Positions 7,986-17,729 of a stretch of DNA of 51,683 bases are shown one piece after another. Every line of letters starts with the position of its first letter. Within the stretch, counting starts at the first letter, position 1. This DNA is from Candidatus Woesearchaeota archaeon. GTDB lineage: Archaea; Nanobdellota; Nanobdellia; Woesearchaeales; ARS49. The translations under genes were made by a program, and so were the position numbers. The notes under the pieces are model-generated. The model had not been told where the DNA came from, made no database searches, and saw nothing but the letters and a program-made list of their open reading frames with translations. The stretch covers positions 1 to 51,683 of the forward strand of contig JACPID010000016.1 of assembly GCA_016188265.1 (NCBI GenBank), read 5' to 3'.

Positions 7986-10334
7986 ATGGGGCGTTTTGAT
8001 ACATCTTTAGACATAGGGGAAGACTTATCAAAAAAGAAAGTTGAACAATCTGCAAATAATGTTAAACCTGACATATACTTAGCTGATTTAGAAAAAAAAC
8101 TTTCAAGCGCAAAAATAAAAAAACAAGCATTTTCTTACAAGCCAATTATTGCAGGAGTATTATGTTTTGTTCTTGCTGTTTTTCTTTTAACTCAGACATA
8201 CCAGCCAAAGATTTTTTCGCAGTTTGCAAAAGATGAAGTAGCTAAGAATTTTGGTTTGAATTATTATATTCAAGTAAGCAGAGAAAATCCAGAATGGAGT
8301 GTGGAACAAAAAAAAGTTGAAAGTGATTTGCTCGTTGAAAAATTTTTGAAAAGTTCTGAAGGAAAAAAACAACTTGAAAATAAAAGAAAGGAATTATTAT
8401 CTTATTTTCAAGACAATAAAGATCAAACATATATTTACAATGCTGATTCTTATTATTTTTTAAGGCTTACACAAAACTTAATTAAAAATGGCCATTTAGG
8501 GGTTGGAAAAGATGATGTGTCAGATAATTTGCGTTCAGCAGGGTATCATTCGTTCGGAGTAACATTTACTCTTTTTCCTTATTTTATAAAATGGTGGCAT
8601 GATATTACAAGCAAGATGTTTTTTTTATATGATGCAGCATTTTCTTTTCCTGTTTTATTAGGAATTTTATCAGGAGCTTTGATAGGGATTATACTTTATT
8701 CTATTAAGAAAAATATATGGCTGGCTTTGTTAGGTGTTTTTTTCATGATTATACAGCCTGTATTTGTTCAAGTTTTTTCTGGAGGCAATCTTGATACTCA
8801 AACAATTTCTTTGTTTTTCACTTTAATAGTATTAACTTGTGTTGCATTTTTTTCAATTGGGTCAAAAGCAACAAAAATCTTAAGTTTATTTGGATTAATA
8901 ATAAGTTTAATATTATACAGGTATACTTGGAGTGGCTGGTTTTATATTCTTGTTGTATTATTTTTTTCTGGAATTTTATGGAGTGCTTTTCAGATTTTAA
9001 ATGGAAAGAAAACAGTTGCAATAAGTATTATTGCAGCATCATTAATTTTATCACTGATTTTTTTACAGACTTTTAAACAGTTTTTCACAACTGTTTTAGA
9101 TAGATTTATAGGATTAGATATTGGAAGAATAAGTTTTTCTAGTTTTATTACTGAATTGCAACCATTAGACTGGGAGTTATTTTATGAAGCAGTTGGAGGA
9201 AGTTTTGGAGTTATTTTTTTTACAATTGCTATTTTAGGAATGTTTTTCTTGTTATTAAAAAATAAAAAACAGCCTTGTTTTTTTGAGCTCACTATCATTC
9301 TACTCTTTCTTACAACTTTTGCTGCGAGTTTTTTTGCAGGAAGATTTATTCCTTATATTCTTCCAGCGTATGTGATTATGTTTACTATAACTGTTTCAAG
9401 TATTTGGAATTGGAGAAAACTGTTCCTGCTGTTATTTTTTATTGGGTCTGTGCTTATTTTATCAGCAACTTACGCAACAACATCAGAGTTATATCCATTT
9501 ATGCATGATGGAATTGTTGAAACAGGAGATTTTCTTAAAACAACAAGCAATAATTCTTTTGTTGCAACATGGTGGGATAGGGGGTATTTATGGCAGTATG
9601 CTGGAGAACGTGCAACATTTTTTGATGGCGCGACATTTGACACAAATGCCTTTCTTTTTTCATACATTTTTACACAAACAGATATTGATTTTGCAAGAAA
9701 TTTATTATGGGGCGCTGGTTGTAATTTAGGACAGTGGGTGAGGAGCATAGATAAAGAATATCTTGATGAATTTATTTCTAAAAAAAACTTAACTAAATGC
9801 AATCCTGAAATGTATTTAGTAGTTGACCAAAATTCTTTTTCTTTTATTAATCTAATGTATATTTATTCAAAGCAAAAAATTACTTCAGTAAACTCAATGA
9901 GGTTATTAGCTGAAAAAATTACAGATAAAAAAGATTATGCGGTAAAAGTTGAGTCTATTTCAGATATAGGAATACCTACGTTAACTACTCCTGAAAAATG
10001 CGAGCAAATAGGAGAATCAAAATATTTTTGTTTAAATTATATTGTTGATTTAGCTGACATTGAATTAAGCGGGCAAAACAGCAGGCCGTACTCTCTTGTT
10101 TTAGTGCAAAATGGCATAAGAAAAATTAAAAAATATGACGATGCTAAAAAACCAGAAGCATTAGTAGTTTTTGAACAAGAAAAAGATTATTATGCATTTT
10201 TTGCAGATTATCATATTTCAGATTCTCTTCTTTTAAGATTATTCACTGGTGAAAGTATTTCTGGATTTAAACGTGTTTATTCAGTTTACGAGCCTGAGCG
10301 CATATTGACTTTTAAAGTAGATTGGACTGCATGA
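7986..10334 (+). CDS. aglB: STT3/AglB-like oligosaccharyltransferase
   Basis: NADSYYFLR, GGNLDTQ, ITELQP, about 13 TM segments, VATWWDRGY, FDGA. Confidence 0.82.
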   Translation: MGRFDTSLDIGEDLSKKKVEQSANNVKPDIYLADLEKKLSSAKIKKQAFSYKPIIAGVLCFVLAVFLLTQTYQPKIFSQFAKDEVAKNFGLNYYIQVSRENPEWSVEQKKVESDLLVEKFLKSSEGKKQLENKRKELLSYFQDNKDQTYIYNADSYYFLRLTQNLIKNGHLGVGKDDVSDNLRSAGYHSFGVTFTLFPYFIKWWHDITSKMFFLYDAAFSFPVLLGILSGALIGIILYSIKKNIWLALLGVFFMIIQPVFVQVFSGGNLDTQTISLFFTLIVLTCVAFFSIGSKATKILSLFGLIISLILYRYTWSGWFYILVVLFFSGILWSAFQILNGKKTVAISIIAASLILSLIFLQTFKQFFTTVLDRFIGLDIGRISFSSFITELQPLDWELFYEAVGGSFGVIFFTIAILGMFFLLLKNKKQPCFFELTIILLFLTTFAASFFAGRFIPYILPAYVIMFTITVSSIWNWRKLFLLLFFIGSVLILSATYATTSELYPFMHDGIVETGDFLKTTSNNSFVATWWDRGYLWQYAGERATFFDGATFDTNAFLFSYIFTQTDIDFARNLLWGAGCNLGQWVRSIDKEYLDEFISKKNLTKCNPEMYLVVDQNSFSFINLMYIYSKQKITSVNSMRLLAEKITDKKDYAVKVESISDIGIPTLTTPEKCEQIGESKYFCLNYIVDLADIELSGQNSRPYSLVLVQNGIRKIKKYDDAKKPEALVVFEQEKDYYAFFADYHISDSLLLRLFTGESISGFKRVYSVYEPERILTFKVDWTA

Positions 10335-10338
10335 TTTA

Positions 10339-11331
10339 TTATACTGTTTTTTTTAAAAGATCTTCTTTAACTTTCAATGAATACTCGTATAATTTTTGGT
10401 CTGCATTCTTTGAAGATGATACTATTTTTCCTATGTCTTTTGATTCTTTAATTTTTTGAAATTCCAGTTCTAATTTTTGCAGATGTGGGAAGCTTTCTTT
10501 GAAATGCAGATCAAGGGCATTGCTTACTTTTTCTAGTTCTTTTTTTAATTCAAAATATTCTGCAAATTCAAATAAGTTTCCGGCAAGTCTATACTCATCA
10601 AGCCTTGTTTTCAGATATGTTGTTAATTGTTCAAGCACTATTGAGTGTTGATGTAATAAATTGTAATATATTTTTGATTTAGCATAACAAATATGCATAA
10701 ATGTAAATGCGCGATAGGAACTTACAGATTTAATTGCACAGGTATTGCGTTCTTTTTCAACAATACGCAGTGAACGATCAAGATCTATAATTTCTTTTCT
10801 CAAATTTCTTGCTTTTTCAACTTGTTTTTTAGAAAGTGCCAGCTCTAAGGTTTGCTTCTTTTTTTCAAGCTCATTTGTGCCTTTTTCAATAGTTTGAGTG
10901 AATTGTTCTGAAAAATCAGACCATTCAAGCGTATTAATGCGGCAGTCAGTTACTTGCTGCAAGTGTTCATCATAAACTCTTTCAGCCATAGTGAGCTTAT
11001 CTTTTGTTTCTTGACATTTATCACTTAATTCATTCATGCGTTCATTCACAGCTTTCAACATATGCTTATTTTCAAGAATTTTCTTTTGTTTTTTTGATAA
11101 TTTTTCACTAAGAAAATTTATTGCAGTTAGATAATATTGTTCAAGAATTGGTAGAGAAATCTTTTTTTTATCAGGATTAATAAAATTAACAAATTCTTCA
11201 TGCTCGCGCGTTGCTAACTCTTCTAGATTTTGTACAATATCAGTATTTTCTGAAGTGTTTAATTTTGTTTTTTGTGTGTATGTTTTCATTATTTTTTGTA
11301 AAGTATTTTGAAAGCTCATAGTGTCCTCCAT
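10339..11331 (-). CDS. Hypothetical coiled-coil protein
   Basis: 330 aa helical, E/K/L-rich ORF; GGAGG precedes the second Met, which may be the real start. Confidence 0.7.
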   Translation of the reverse strand: MEDTMSFQNTLQKIMKTYTQKTKLNTSENTDIVQNLEELATREHEEFVNFINPDKKKISLPILEQYYLTAINFLSEKLSKKQKKILENKHMLKAVNERMNELSDKCQETKDKLTMAERVYDEHLQQVTDCRINTLEWSDFSEQFTQTIEKGTNELEKKKQTLELALSKKQVEKARNLRKEIIDLDRSLRIVEKERNTCAIKSVSSYRAFTFMHICYAKSKIYYNLLHQHSIVLEQLTTYLKTRLDEYRLAGNLFEFAEYFELKKELEKVSNALDLHFKESFPHLQKLELEFQKIKESKDIGKIVSSSKNADQKLYEYSLKVKEDLLKKTV

Positions 11332-11590
11332 TCTGAAGTGTGCTTCACTAGTGGAATTTATAGTGTTTAAAATGTGTTTTCATCAAATAATCAGAAAAAA
11401 CAAGCTAATTTATGAAAAAAAAACTATTTTATTGAAAGATTTTCAGAAATACAATTTGATTTGAAAAAATTGCGAATTATTCAAAATTTTTCAGCGATAT
11501 TTTTTTATTAGCCAACAGCTAATAATCATCAAGTCTATACGTAATATTTTTATACACCTAAAATACTTTCAAGATAAATGAGGTGATATA

Positions 11591-12847
11591 TTGTCTAAGA
11601 TAATTAAGTTAAGAGCTAGGCAAATTTTAGATTCAAGAGGAAATCCTACAGTAGAAGCTGAATTAATCAGTGAAAAAGCCTGCATTACTGCTTCAGTTCC
11701 AAGTGGAGAAAGCACTGGAAAACATGAAGCATTTGAATTAAGAGATAATGAAAAAGCATATTATGGAAAAGGAGTGCTTAAAGCTGTAAAAAATGTAAAT
11801 ACAGTTATTGCAAAAAATTGTAAAGGAATGCTGGTTGAAGAACAAGCAAAACTTGACACTAAACTAACTTCACTTGATGGCACTAGAAATAAGAGAAGAT
11901 TAGGTGCAAACGCTATTCTTTCAGTAAGCATGGCTTCATGCAGAGCAGCTGCGCAAGAAACACATACATTATTAGCAGAATATGTAAAAGAGCTATATCA
12001 AGCAAAGAAGCTTACCCTGCCTTGCCCAATATTTAATTTAATTGAAGGTGGAAAACATGCAGGAAATAAATTAAGCATGCAAGAATACTGGTTAATGCCT
12101 ACTGGAGCAAAAAATTTTTCTGAAGCATTAAGAATTGGCAGTGAAGTATATCATGAGTTAGGAAGTATTTTAGAAAAAAGATTTGGAAAAAATGCATTAA
12201 ATGTTGGACTTGAAGGAGGATACGCTCCTCAATACCAATGCGCAGAAGAACCAATGGACGCTATTTTGGAAGCAGTGCAGAATCTCGGTTATTGGAAAAA
12301 AATAAAATTAGGACTGGATAGTGCAGCAACAAGTTTTTGGAATGGAAAATCATATTTATTTGAAGAAAAAGAAATTACATCAGAGCAATTAAAGCAGAGA
12401 TATATTGACATTGCTAAATCTTATCCTTTGCTTGCAATAGAAGATGCGTTTCATGAAGAAGATTTTTTAGGTTTTTCTTTACTGCAAAAAAAACTAAAAA
12501 AACTTATGATAATTGGTGATGATTTAACTGTAACAAATGTAGACAGGATTAAAAAAGCGCTAGAATACAAATCCTGTAACAGTCTTCTTGTTAAAATAAA
12601 TCAAGTTGGAACAATCACTGAAACATTGAAAGCTTGCAAACTTGCCAGAAATAATAAATGGAAGCTAATAGTAAGCCACAGAAGCGGTGAAACAAGTGAT
12701 GATTTTATTGCTGATCTTGCAGTTGGAATAAGTGCGGGTTTTATTAAAGCAGGAGCACCATGCCGTGGAGAAAGGCTTGCAAAATATAATAGGTTGCTAA
12801 GATTAGAAGAATGGCTTGGAAAAAAGGCGAGGTATGTTAAAATATGA
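11591..12847 (+). CDS. eno: Enolase
   Basis: ILDSRGNPTVE, VPSGESTG, LGANAIL, SHRSGET, RGERLAKYNRLL; TTG start after GAGGTGA. Confidence 0.96.
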   Translation: MSKIIKLRARQILDSRGNPTVEAELISEKACITASVPSGESTGKHEAFELRDNEKAYYGKGVLKAVKNVNTVIAKNCKGMLVEEQAKLDTKLTSLDGTRNKRRLGANAILSVSMASCRAAAQETHTLLAEYVKELYQAKKLTLPCPIFNLIEGGKHAGNKLSMQEYWLMPTGAKNFSEALRIGSEVYHELGSILEKRFGKNALNVGLEGGYAPQYQCAEEPMDAILEAVQNLGYWKKIKLGLDSAATSFWNGKSYLFEEKEITSEQLKQRYIDIAKSYPLLAIEDAFHEEDFLGFSLLQKKLKKLMIIGDDLTVTNVDRIKKALEYKSCNSLLVKINQVGTITETLKACKLARNNKWKLIVSHRSGETSDDFIADLAVGISAGFIKAGAPCRGERLAKYNRLLRLEEWLGKKARYVKI

Positions 12848-13716
12848 AAAAACTTATTGTTGGCTGTTCTAATTCAAAAGAGCTTGCTAAAAGCATTGCT
12901 CGGCATATCAAAAAAGATTATACAAAACTGCTTGCTCGTGATTTTCCCGATGGAGAGTTATACTTGAAGTATCAAAGTAATATTGCTAAAAAAGAAATTA
13001 TTCTTGTACAATCTATGCATCCTCAACCTAATAAAGCTATGATGGAAGCAATATTTGCTGTAAAAACAGCAAAAGAATTAGGTGCGGTTAAAGTAACTTT
13101 AGTTGCGCCATATCTTGCTTATATGAGACAAGATAAAAGATTTCATCGAGGAGAGTGTAAATCAAATTCAATAATGGCTGAACTATTAAGTTGTGCTGAC
13201 CAGTTAATAACCATTGATCCACATTTACATCGAGTCCACAAATTATCAGAGATATTTAAAATTCCTGCAAAGACTCTTACTGCAAATCATATTCTTGCAC
13301 AATTCATAGGTAAGAAATACAAAAATGTACTTGTAATAGGTCCAGATGAAGAAAGCTATCAATGGGCTGCAGGCATTGCTAAAGAAGCTTGTGCTGAAGT
13401 TCTAGTTTTGCATAAAAAAAGGTATAGCTCAAGAAAGGTAAAGGTTTTTTTACGTGAACCTGAAAAAGTGAAAGGAAAAAATGTTGTGCTTATTGATGAC
13501 ATCATTAGTTCAGGACATACTATGATTGAAGCAGTTAAAGAATGTAAAAAAGCCAAAGCTTCATCAATTCACTGTATTTGTGTTCATGGCATTTATTCAG
13601 AAAATGCATTGCCTAAAATCCTCAAAGCAGGAGCAAAGGAAGTTATTTCAACTAATACTATACAAAATAAGGCTAGTAAAATAGATGTAAGCAAATTAAT
13701 TGCTGATAATTTTTAA
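12844..13716 (+). CDS. prs: Ribose-phosphate pyrophosphokinase
   Basis: FPDGE, PYLAYMRQDKRF, DPHLH, LIDDIISSGHT, CVHG. Confidence 0.95.
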   Translation: MKKLIVGCSNSKELAKSIARHIKKDYTKLLARDFPDGELYLKYQSNIAKKEIILVQSMHPQPNKAMMEAIFAVKTAKELGAVKVTLVAPYLAYMRQDKRFHRGECKSNSIMAELLSCADQLITIDPHLHRVHKLSEIFKIPAKTLTANHILAQFIGKKYKNVLVIGPDEESYQWAAGIAKEACAEVLVLHKKRYSSRKVKVFLREPEKVKGKNVVLIDDIISSGHTMIEAVKECKKAKASSIHCICVHGIYSENALPKILKAGAKEVISTNTIQNKASKIDVSKLIADNF

Positions 13717-13729
13717 TCAAACATAAAAA

Positions 13730-15253
13730 GTGAAAATGATAAAAAATAAAGCAGCACTAATAGTGCTTGATGGCTGGGGAATAAGCGCACATAAAAAAGG
13801 CAATGCAATTTTATTAGCAAAAACTCCTACAATGAATTTCTTAAAAAAAAATTATTCATATCTAGAGCTTAATGCTTCTGGAAAATATGTTGGATTACAA
13901 GCAGGAGATATAGGCAATAGCGAAGTTGGGCATTTACATCTTGGAGCTGGAAGGCTGGTAAAACAAGACAGTACAAGAATATCTGAGTCAATAAAAAATA
14001 AATCAATTTTTAAAAATCCAGTACTGGTTAAAGCAATGCAAAAAGCAAAAAAAAACACTCTGCACTTGCTAGGACTAGTGAGTGATGGCGGAGTTCATTC
14101 TCATATCAGTCACTTATTTGCACTTTTAGAAATGGCTAAACAATTCAAAATAAAAAGATTATACATTCATGCAATCACAGACGGAAGAGATGTTCAGCCT
14201 AAAAGTGCATTGAATTATTTGAAACAAGTTGAAAAACATCTGCAAAAAAATTGGAAAATAGCAACAGTGATTGGAAGATTTTATGCAATGGACCGTGATA
14301 ATCGTTGGAATAGAGAGCACAAAGCATACAATGCAATGGCAAATGGCAAAGGGCACAATCACAAAAATGCAAAAGAAGCAATTATTGAAGCATATAAAAA
14401 AAGAGAAAGCGATGAATTTGTTTTTCCAACAATCATTGAAAAAAAAGGAATTGTAAAAAACAATGATGTCATAATATTTTTTAATTTCAGATCAGATCGC
14501 GCCAGAGAATTAACGCGAGCTTTTGTTCAGGGAAGATTTAACAAATTTAAACGCAAGAAAATACTAAACTTGCACTTTGTCTGCTTGACTCAATATGATC
14601 CTTCAATTAAAACTCCTGTTGCTTTTCCTCCTGAAAAAATTAAAAACACACTCGGAGAAGTGCTTGCTGAACAAAAATACAAACAATTCAGGCTTGCAGA
14701 AACAGAAAAATGGGCTCATGTAACTTACTTCTTTAATGGATTAAGCGGAGTGGTTTGGAAAGGAGAAAAACGACTATTAATACCGAGCCCAAAACAGGTT
14801 AGAACTTATGATAAAATTCCAGAAATGAGTGCATTTAAAATAACAAAAAAAGCAGTCGAGATCTTAGAATCTAATAAGTATAAATTTCTTCTTGTGAATT
14901 ATGCAAATCCAGATATGATAGGGCATACAGGAAACTTAAAAGCAACAATAAAAGCAATTGAAATAATTGATTCTTGCATTAAAAAGATATGTGAAGCAGT
15001 GAAGAAAAATAATTGGGCATTGATAATAACTGCAGATCATGGCAATGCAGAAAAAATGCAGTACCTTGACGGAAGCATGAATACTGCACATACAACAAAC
15101 AAAGTTCCATGCATACTTATTTCAGAAAAGTATAAACTCAAGAAAATAAAAAATCCATCACTATATAATATTGCGCCAACAATAATCAAATTAATGGAAA
15201 TAGCAAAGCCGAAAGAATGGAGTGAAAGTTTAGTAAAAAATCACAACATTTAA
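13730..15253 (+). CDS. gpmI: 2,3-bisphosphoglycerate-independent phosphoglycerate mutase (bacterial type)
   Basis: LDGWG, GNSEVGH, SDGGVHSH, DGRD, GRFYAMDRD, NFRSDRARE, AETEKWAHVT, NPDMIGHTG, TADHGNAE. Confidence 0.96.
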   Translation: MKMIKNKAALIVLDGWGISAHKKGNAILLAKTPTMNFLKKNYSYLELNASGKYVGLQAGDIGNSEVGHLHLGAGRLVKQDSTRISESIKNKSIFKNPVLVKAMQKAKKNTLHLLGLVSDGGVHSHISHLFALLEMAKQFKIKRLYIHAITDGRDVQPKSALNYLKQVEKHLQKNWKIATVIGRFYAMDRDNRWNREHKAYNAMANGKGHNHKNAKEAIIEAYKKRESDEFVFPTIIEKKGIVKNNDVIIFFNFRSDRARELTRAFVQGRFNKFKRKKILNLHFVCLTQYDPSIKTPVAFPPEKIKNTLGEVLAEQKYKQFRLAETEKWAHVTYFFNGLSGVVWKGEKRLLIPSPKQVRTYDKIPEMSAFKITKKAVEILESNKYKFLLVNYANPDMIGHTGNLKATIKAIEIIDSCIKKICEAVKKNNWALIITADHGNAEKMQYLDGSMNTAHTTNKVPCILISEKYKLKKIKNPSLYNIAPTIIKLMEIAKPKEWSESLVKNHNI

Positions 15254-15281
15254 ATTCTGCACAAAAATAAAAACAAGCAAT

Positions 15282-15821
15282 ATGCAAACTGGAATTAAAG
15301 TTTTAGAGGCAATGACAGAAAGGCCGATAATTGTAACACCAGATACAAATCTAGTAGAATGTGCAGAAATTATGAAAAGAAATCATGTGGGATCCTTGCT
15401 GGTTAAAGAGGACCACAAACTAAGAGGAATTTTAACAGAACAAGACATAGTGCGGAAAGCAGTTGTAAAAGACAAAAAACCATCTAAAATAACTGCTTCA
15501 GACATAATGGAAATAACCCTGAGAACTATAGCTCCTGAAAATGATATTTTTGATGCACTGCAAATGATGCGAGACTATAACATAAGACATATACCAGTCA
15601 CTGAAAATGAAAAACTCATAGGATTAGTCACACTAAAAGATATTCTTAAAATACAACCAGATTTATTTGAAATATTAGTTGAAAAATTTGAATTAAAAGA
15701 AGAACAACGCAAACCAGTATTTGCAGCCAAAGAAGAAGGACTATGTGAATCATGCGGTGAGTACAGTCCTGAATTAAAAAGAAAAGACGGTGTAATGATT
15801 TGCTCTGATTGTAGAGAGTAA
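15282..15821 (+). CDS. CBS-domain protein with C-terminal zinc ribbon
   Basis: Two CBS motifs followed by GLCESCG...ICSDC. Confidence 0.9.
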   Translation: MQTGIKVLEAMTERPIIVTPDTNLVECAEIMKRNHVGSLLVKEDHKLRGILTEQDIVRKAVVKDKKPSKITASDIMEITLRTIAPENDIFDALQMMRDYNIRHIPVTENEKLIGLVTLKDILKIQPDLFEILVEKFELKEEQRKPVFAAKEEGLCESCGEYSPELKRKDGVMICSDCRE

Positions 15822-15844
15822 AACTGAAGTATAATTCAATTAAT

Positions 15845-15940
15845 TTATCTAATACTGTTTGCTCGTATAATTCCTCTACAATTTTTGCTTCCGTAGTTAC
15901 ATTTCATAAATTCATCAATGTTCATTGTTTCTGAATATGA
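15845..15940 (-). pseudogene. Remnant of a SET-domain protein C-terminus (post-SET motif)
   Basis: Minus-strand translation SYSETMNIDEFMKCNYGSKNCRGIIRANSIR* matches post-SET CxCGxxxCRG with the second Cys changed to Tyr; no SET core upstream. Confidence 0.6.
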
Positions 15941-15950
15941 ACTTTTTTAA

Positions 15951-16036
15951 TGCAGGGGAAGGGATTTGAACCCTCGGATCCACTAAGGAACAGGATCTTA
16001 AGTCCTGCGCGTTTGACCAGACTTCGCTACCCCTGC
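15951..16036 (-). tRNA. tRNA-Leu(TAA), intronless
   Basis: Reverse complement GCAGGGG...CAGGA-CTTAAGA-TCCTG, long variable arm, GAGGG-TTCAAAT-CCCTT, CCCCTGC-A. Confidence 0.95.
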
Positions 16037-16090
16037 GCACTCTGCTCCAACAAGAAATAAATATACTGTTTAAAAGGTTTTGTGTCTAAA

Positions 16091-16139
16091 CAGAATCTCC
16101 GAGCGTCCTCGCTTCGCTGCGGTCGCTCAGGAGATTTTG
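16091..16139. repeat. GC-rich bulged hairpin (REP-like)
   Basis: CAGAATCTCC-GAGCG...CGCTC-A-GGAGATTTTG stem with a GCTTCGC apical element. Confidence 0.55.
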
Positions 16140-16152
16140 AACTAACCAAAAA

Positions 16153-16193
16153 GTATAAATATAGGTAATACATTTTATTACCATAGGTAATAC
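16153..16193 (+). promoter_or_regulatory. TATA box and operator of the AbrB-VapC pair
   Basis: GTATAAATA, then the inverted repeat GGTAATA-N5-TATTACC and the direct repeat ATAGGTAATAC (16161, 16183). Confidence 0.6.
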
Positions 16194-16194
16194 T

Positions 16195-16494
16195 ATGGTT
16201 ATAGTTTCAACAAAAATGGGTCCGAAGGGACAGATTTTGATTCCAAAAATTTTCAGGGAAGAATATGGATTTATTCCTGGCGAAGAACTTCAATTAATTG
16301 ACACTTCTGAAGGATTATTTGTTAAAAAAGAAACTTATGATATTATTGCTTCTATGAAAGAGATTGCTAAAAAGGCAAAAGCAAAAAAAGTAAATGTTGA
16401 TAAAATTGATCTTCATAAAATTTACGAATCTGAATTGGAGGAAAGATTTAATGACGTACTTGGACACAAACATATTCATAAGAGCGTTTCTTGA
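16195..16494 (+). CDS. AbrB/MazE/SpoVT-family antitoxin
   Basis: KMGPKGQILIPKIFREEYGFIPGE. Confidence 0.9.
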   Translation: MVIVSTKMGPKGQILIPKIFREEYGFIPGEELQLIDTSEGLFVKKETYDIIASMKEIAKKAKAKKVNVDKIDLHKIYESELEERFNDVLGHKHIHKSVS

Positions 16495-16861
16495 CCTAAC
16501 AGAAAAAGGAGATAAAGCAAGAGATCTGATTAGTTCTATTTTAAACAATAAGAGGTTCAGCACTAGTGTTTTAACTTATGACGAACTAGTTTGGGTTATT
16601 AGAAAATCTGTCGGAGTCCGAGAATCTATTCAGGCAGGAAAGAATTTATTGGCAATTACAAATTTTCGTTTTATTTCAATAGATAAGCTTGTTTTAAGTA
16701 AAACTCAGCAATTAATAGAAAGCACTTCATTAAAGCCAAGAGATGCAGTTCATGCAGCGGCTGCATTATTAAATGGCGAAATTGAAATTATTTCTGATGA
16801 TGCTGATTTTGATAAAATAAAAGAATTAAAAAGAATCTCTCTAGAAAAATTCAAGATTTAA
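16451..16861 (+). CDS. VapC/PIN-domain toxin
   Basis: MTYLDTNIF, TYDEL, LKPRDAVHAAAA, IISDDADFD; start set to ATG 16451. Confidence 0.92.
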   Translation: MTYLDTNIFIRAFLDLTEKGDKARDLISSILNNKRFSTSVLTYDELVWVIRKSVGVRESIQAGKNLLAITNFRFISIDKLVLSKTQQLIESTSLKPRDAVHAAAALLNGEIEIISDDADFDKIKELKRISLEKFKI

Positions 16862-17638
16862 TCAAAACAATCTATCAACTAACTTAAATCCTCTTTTTTC
16901 AAGATCTTGAATTATTTTTTTAATGTAACTTTTATATTCTTCCTCATTTCTTTTCTCTGATTCTTTTATTTTTTTTTTATAATCATTTTTAATTAAGTAA
17001 GATGGAAATACTTCTTTGAATAAATCATGTTTATTTATTTCATTTATTTTTGGTTTTTCACTAAATTTTTCAGGTAGAGAATTTCGTAAATATTTTTTCT
17101 TATTTTCACTTAAAGAAAAATGACCATAATCTTCTACAAACAATCCTGTAAAAATATCTAGTTCAGAATAATCATATTTTAATAAATCTTCTTGATCACC
17201 ATAAACTGCTTTAATTGTTGCTTCTTTTATTTTTTGAGATTTAGAAATAACATCTTCAACTATTTGATGAATTCCTTCAAATACTATTTTAGAACAAGAA
17301 TGTAGTTTTAACAAGGTGTAAATTTGTTCAAGTCTTCCATCATAAGCATTACCCATTCCTTCTGCAAAACAAGTATTGCCTAAAAAAGATTCACTATAAT
17401 AAGGAAATCTTATTTTACCATAATTAAGCCAGTAAAAAGGCCTTCCGAGTTCATCAAAATCAATATCATCACTGTTAGAGTATTGATACACTGTTTTTTT
17501 ACTAACAAAAGTTTTTGTATTAGGAACAACTTTTGCTGATAATGTAATTAAATAATCATATTCTTTACGTATAATATAACTCTTCTTGCCTTTTTTCTCC
17601 ATTAATTCATTCCAAACAATCTTTTCAATTGACATCAA
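16862..17638 (-). CDS. Hypothetical protein
   Basis: 258 aa ORF with no recognised motif. Confidence 0.65.
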   Translation of the reverse strand: MMSIEKIVWNELMEKKGKKSYIIRKEYDYLITLSAKVVPNTKTFVSKKTVYQYSNSDDIDFDELGRPFYWLNYGKIRFPYYSESFLGNTCFAEGMGNAYDGRLEQIYTLLKLHSCSKIVFEGIHQIVEDVISKSQKIKEATIKAVYGDQEDLLKYDYSELDIFTGLFVEDYGHFSLSENKKKYLRNSLPEKFSEKPKINEINKHDLFKEVFPSYLIKNDYKKKIKESEKRNEEEYKSYIKKIIQDLEKRGFKLVDRLF

Positions 17639-17729
17639 AAAATATTTAATAAAAAAGAGTATAAATAGATTCTTGAAAGAAATATTCTTATGAGAATATT
17701 TATAAAATAGATTGTAAATCTTTTTTAAT

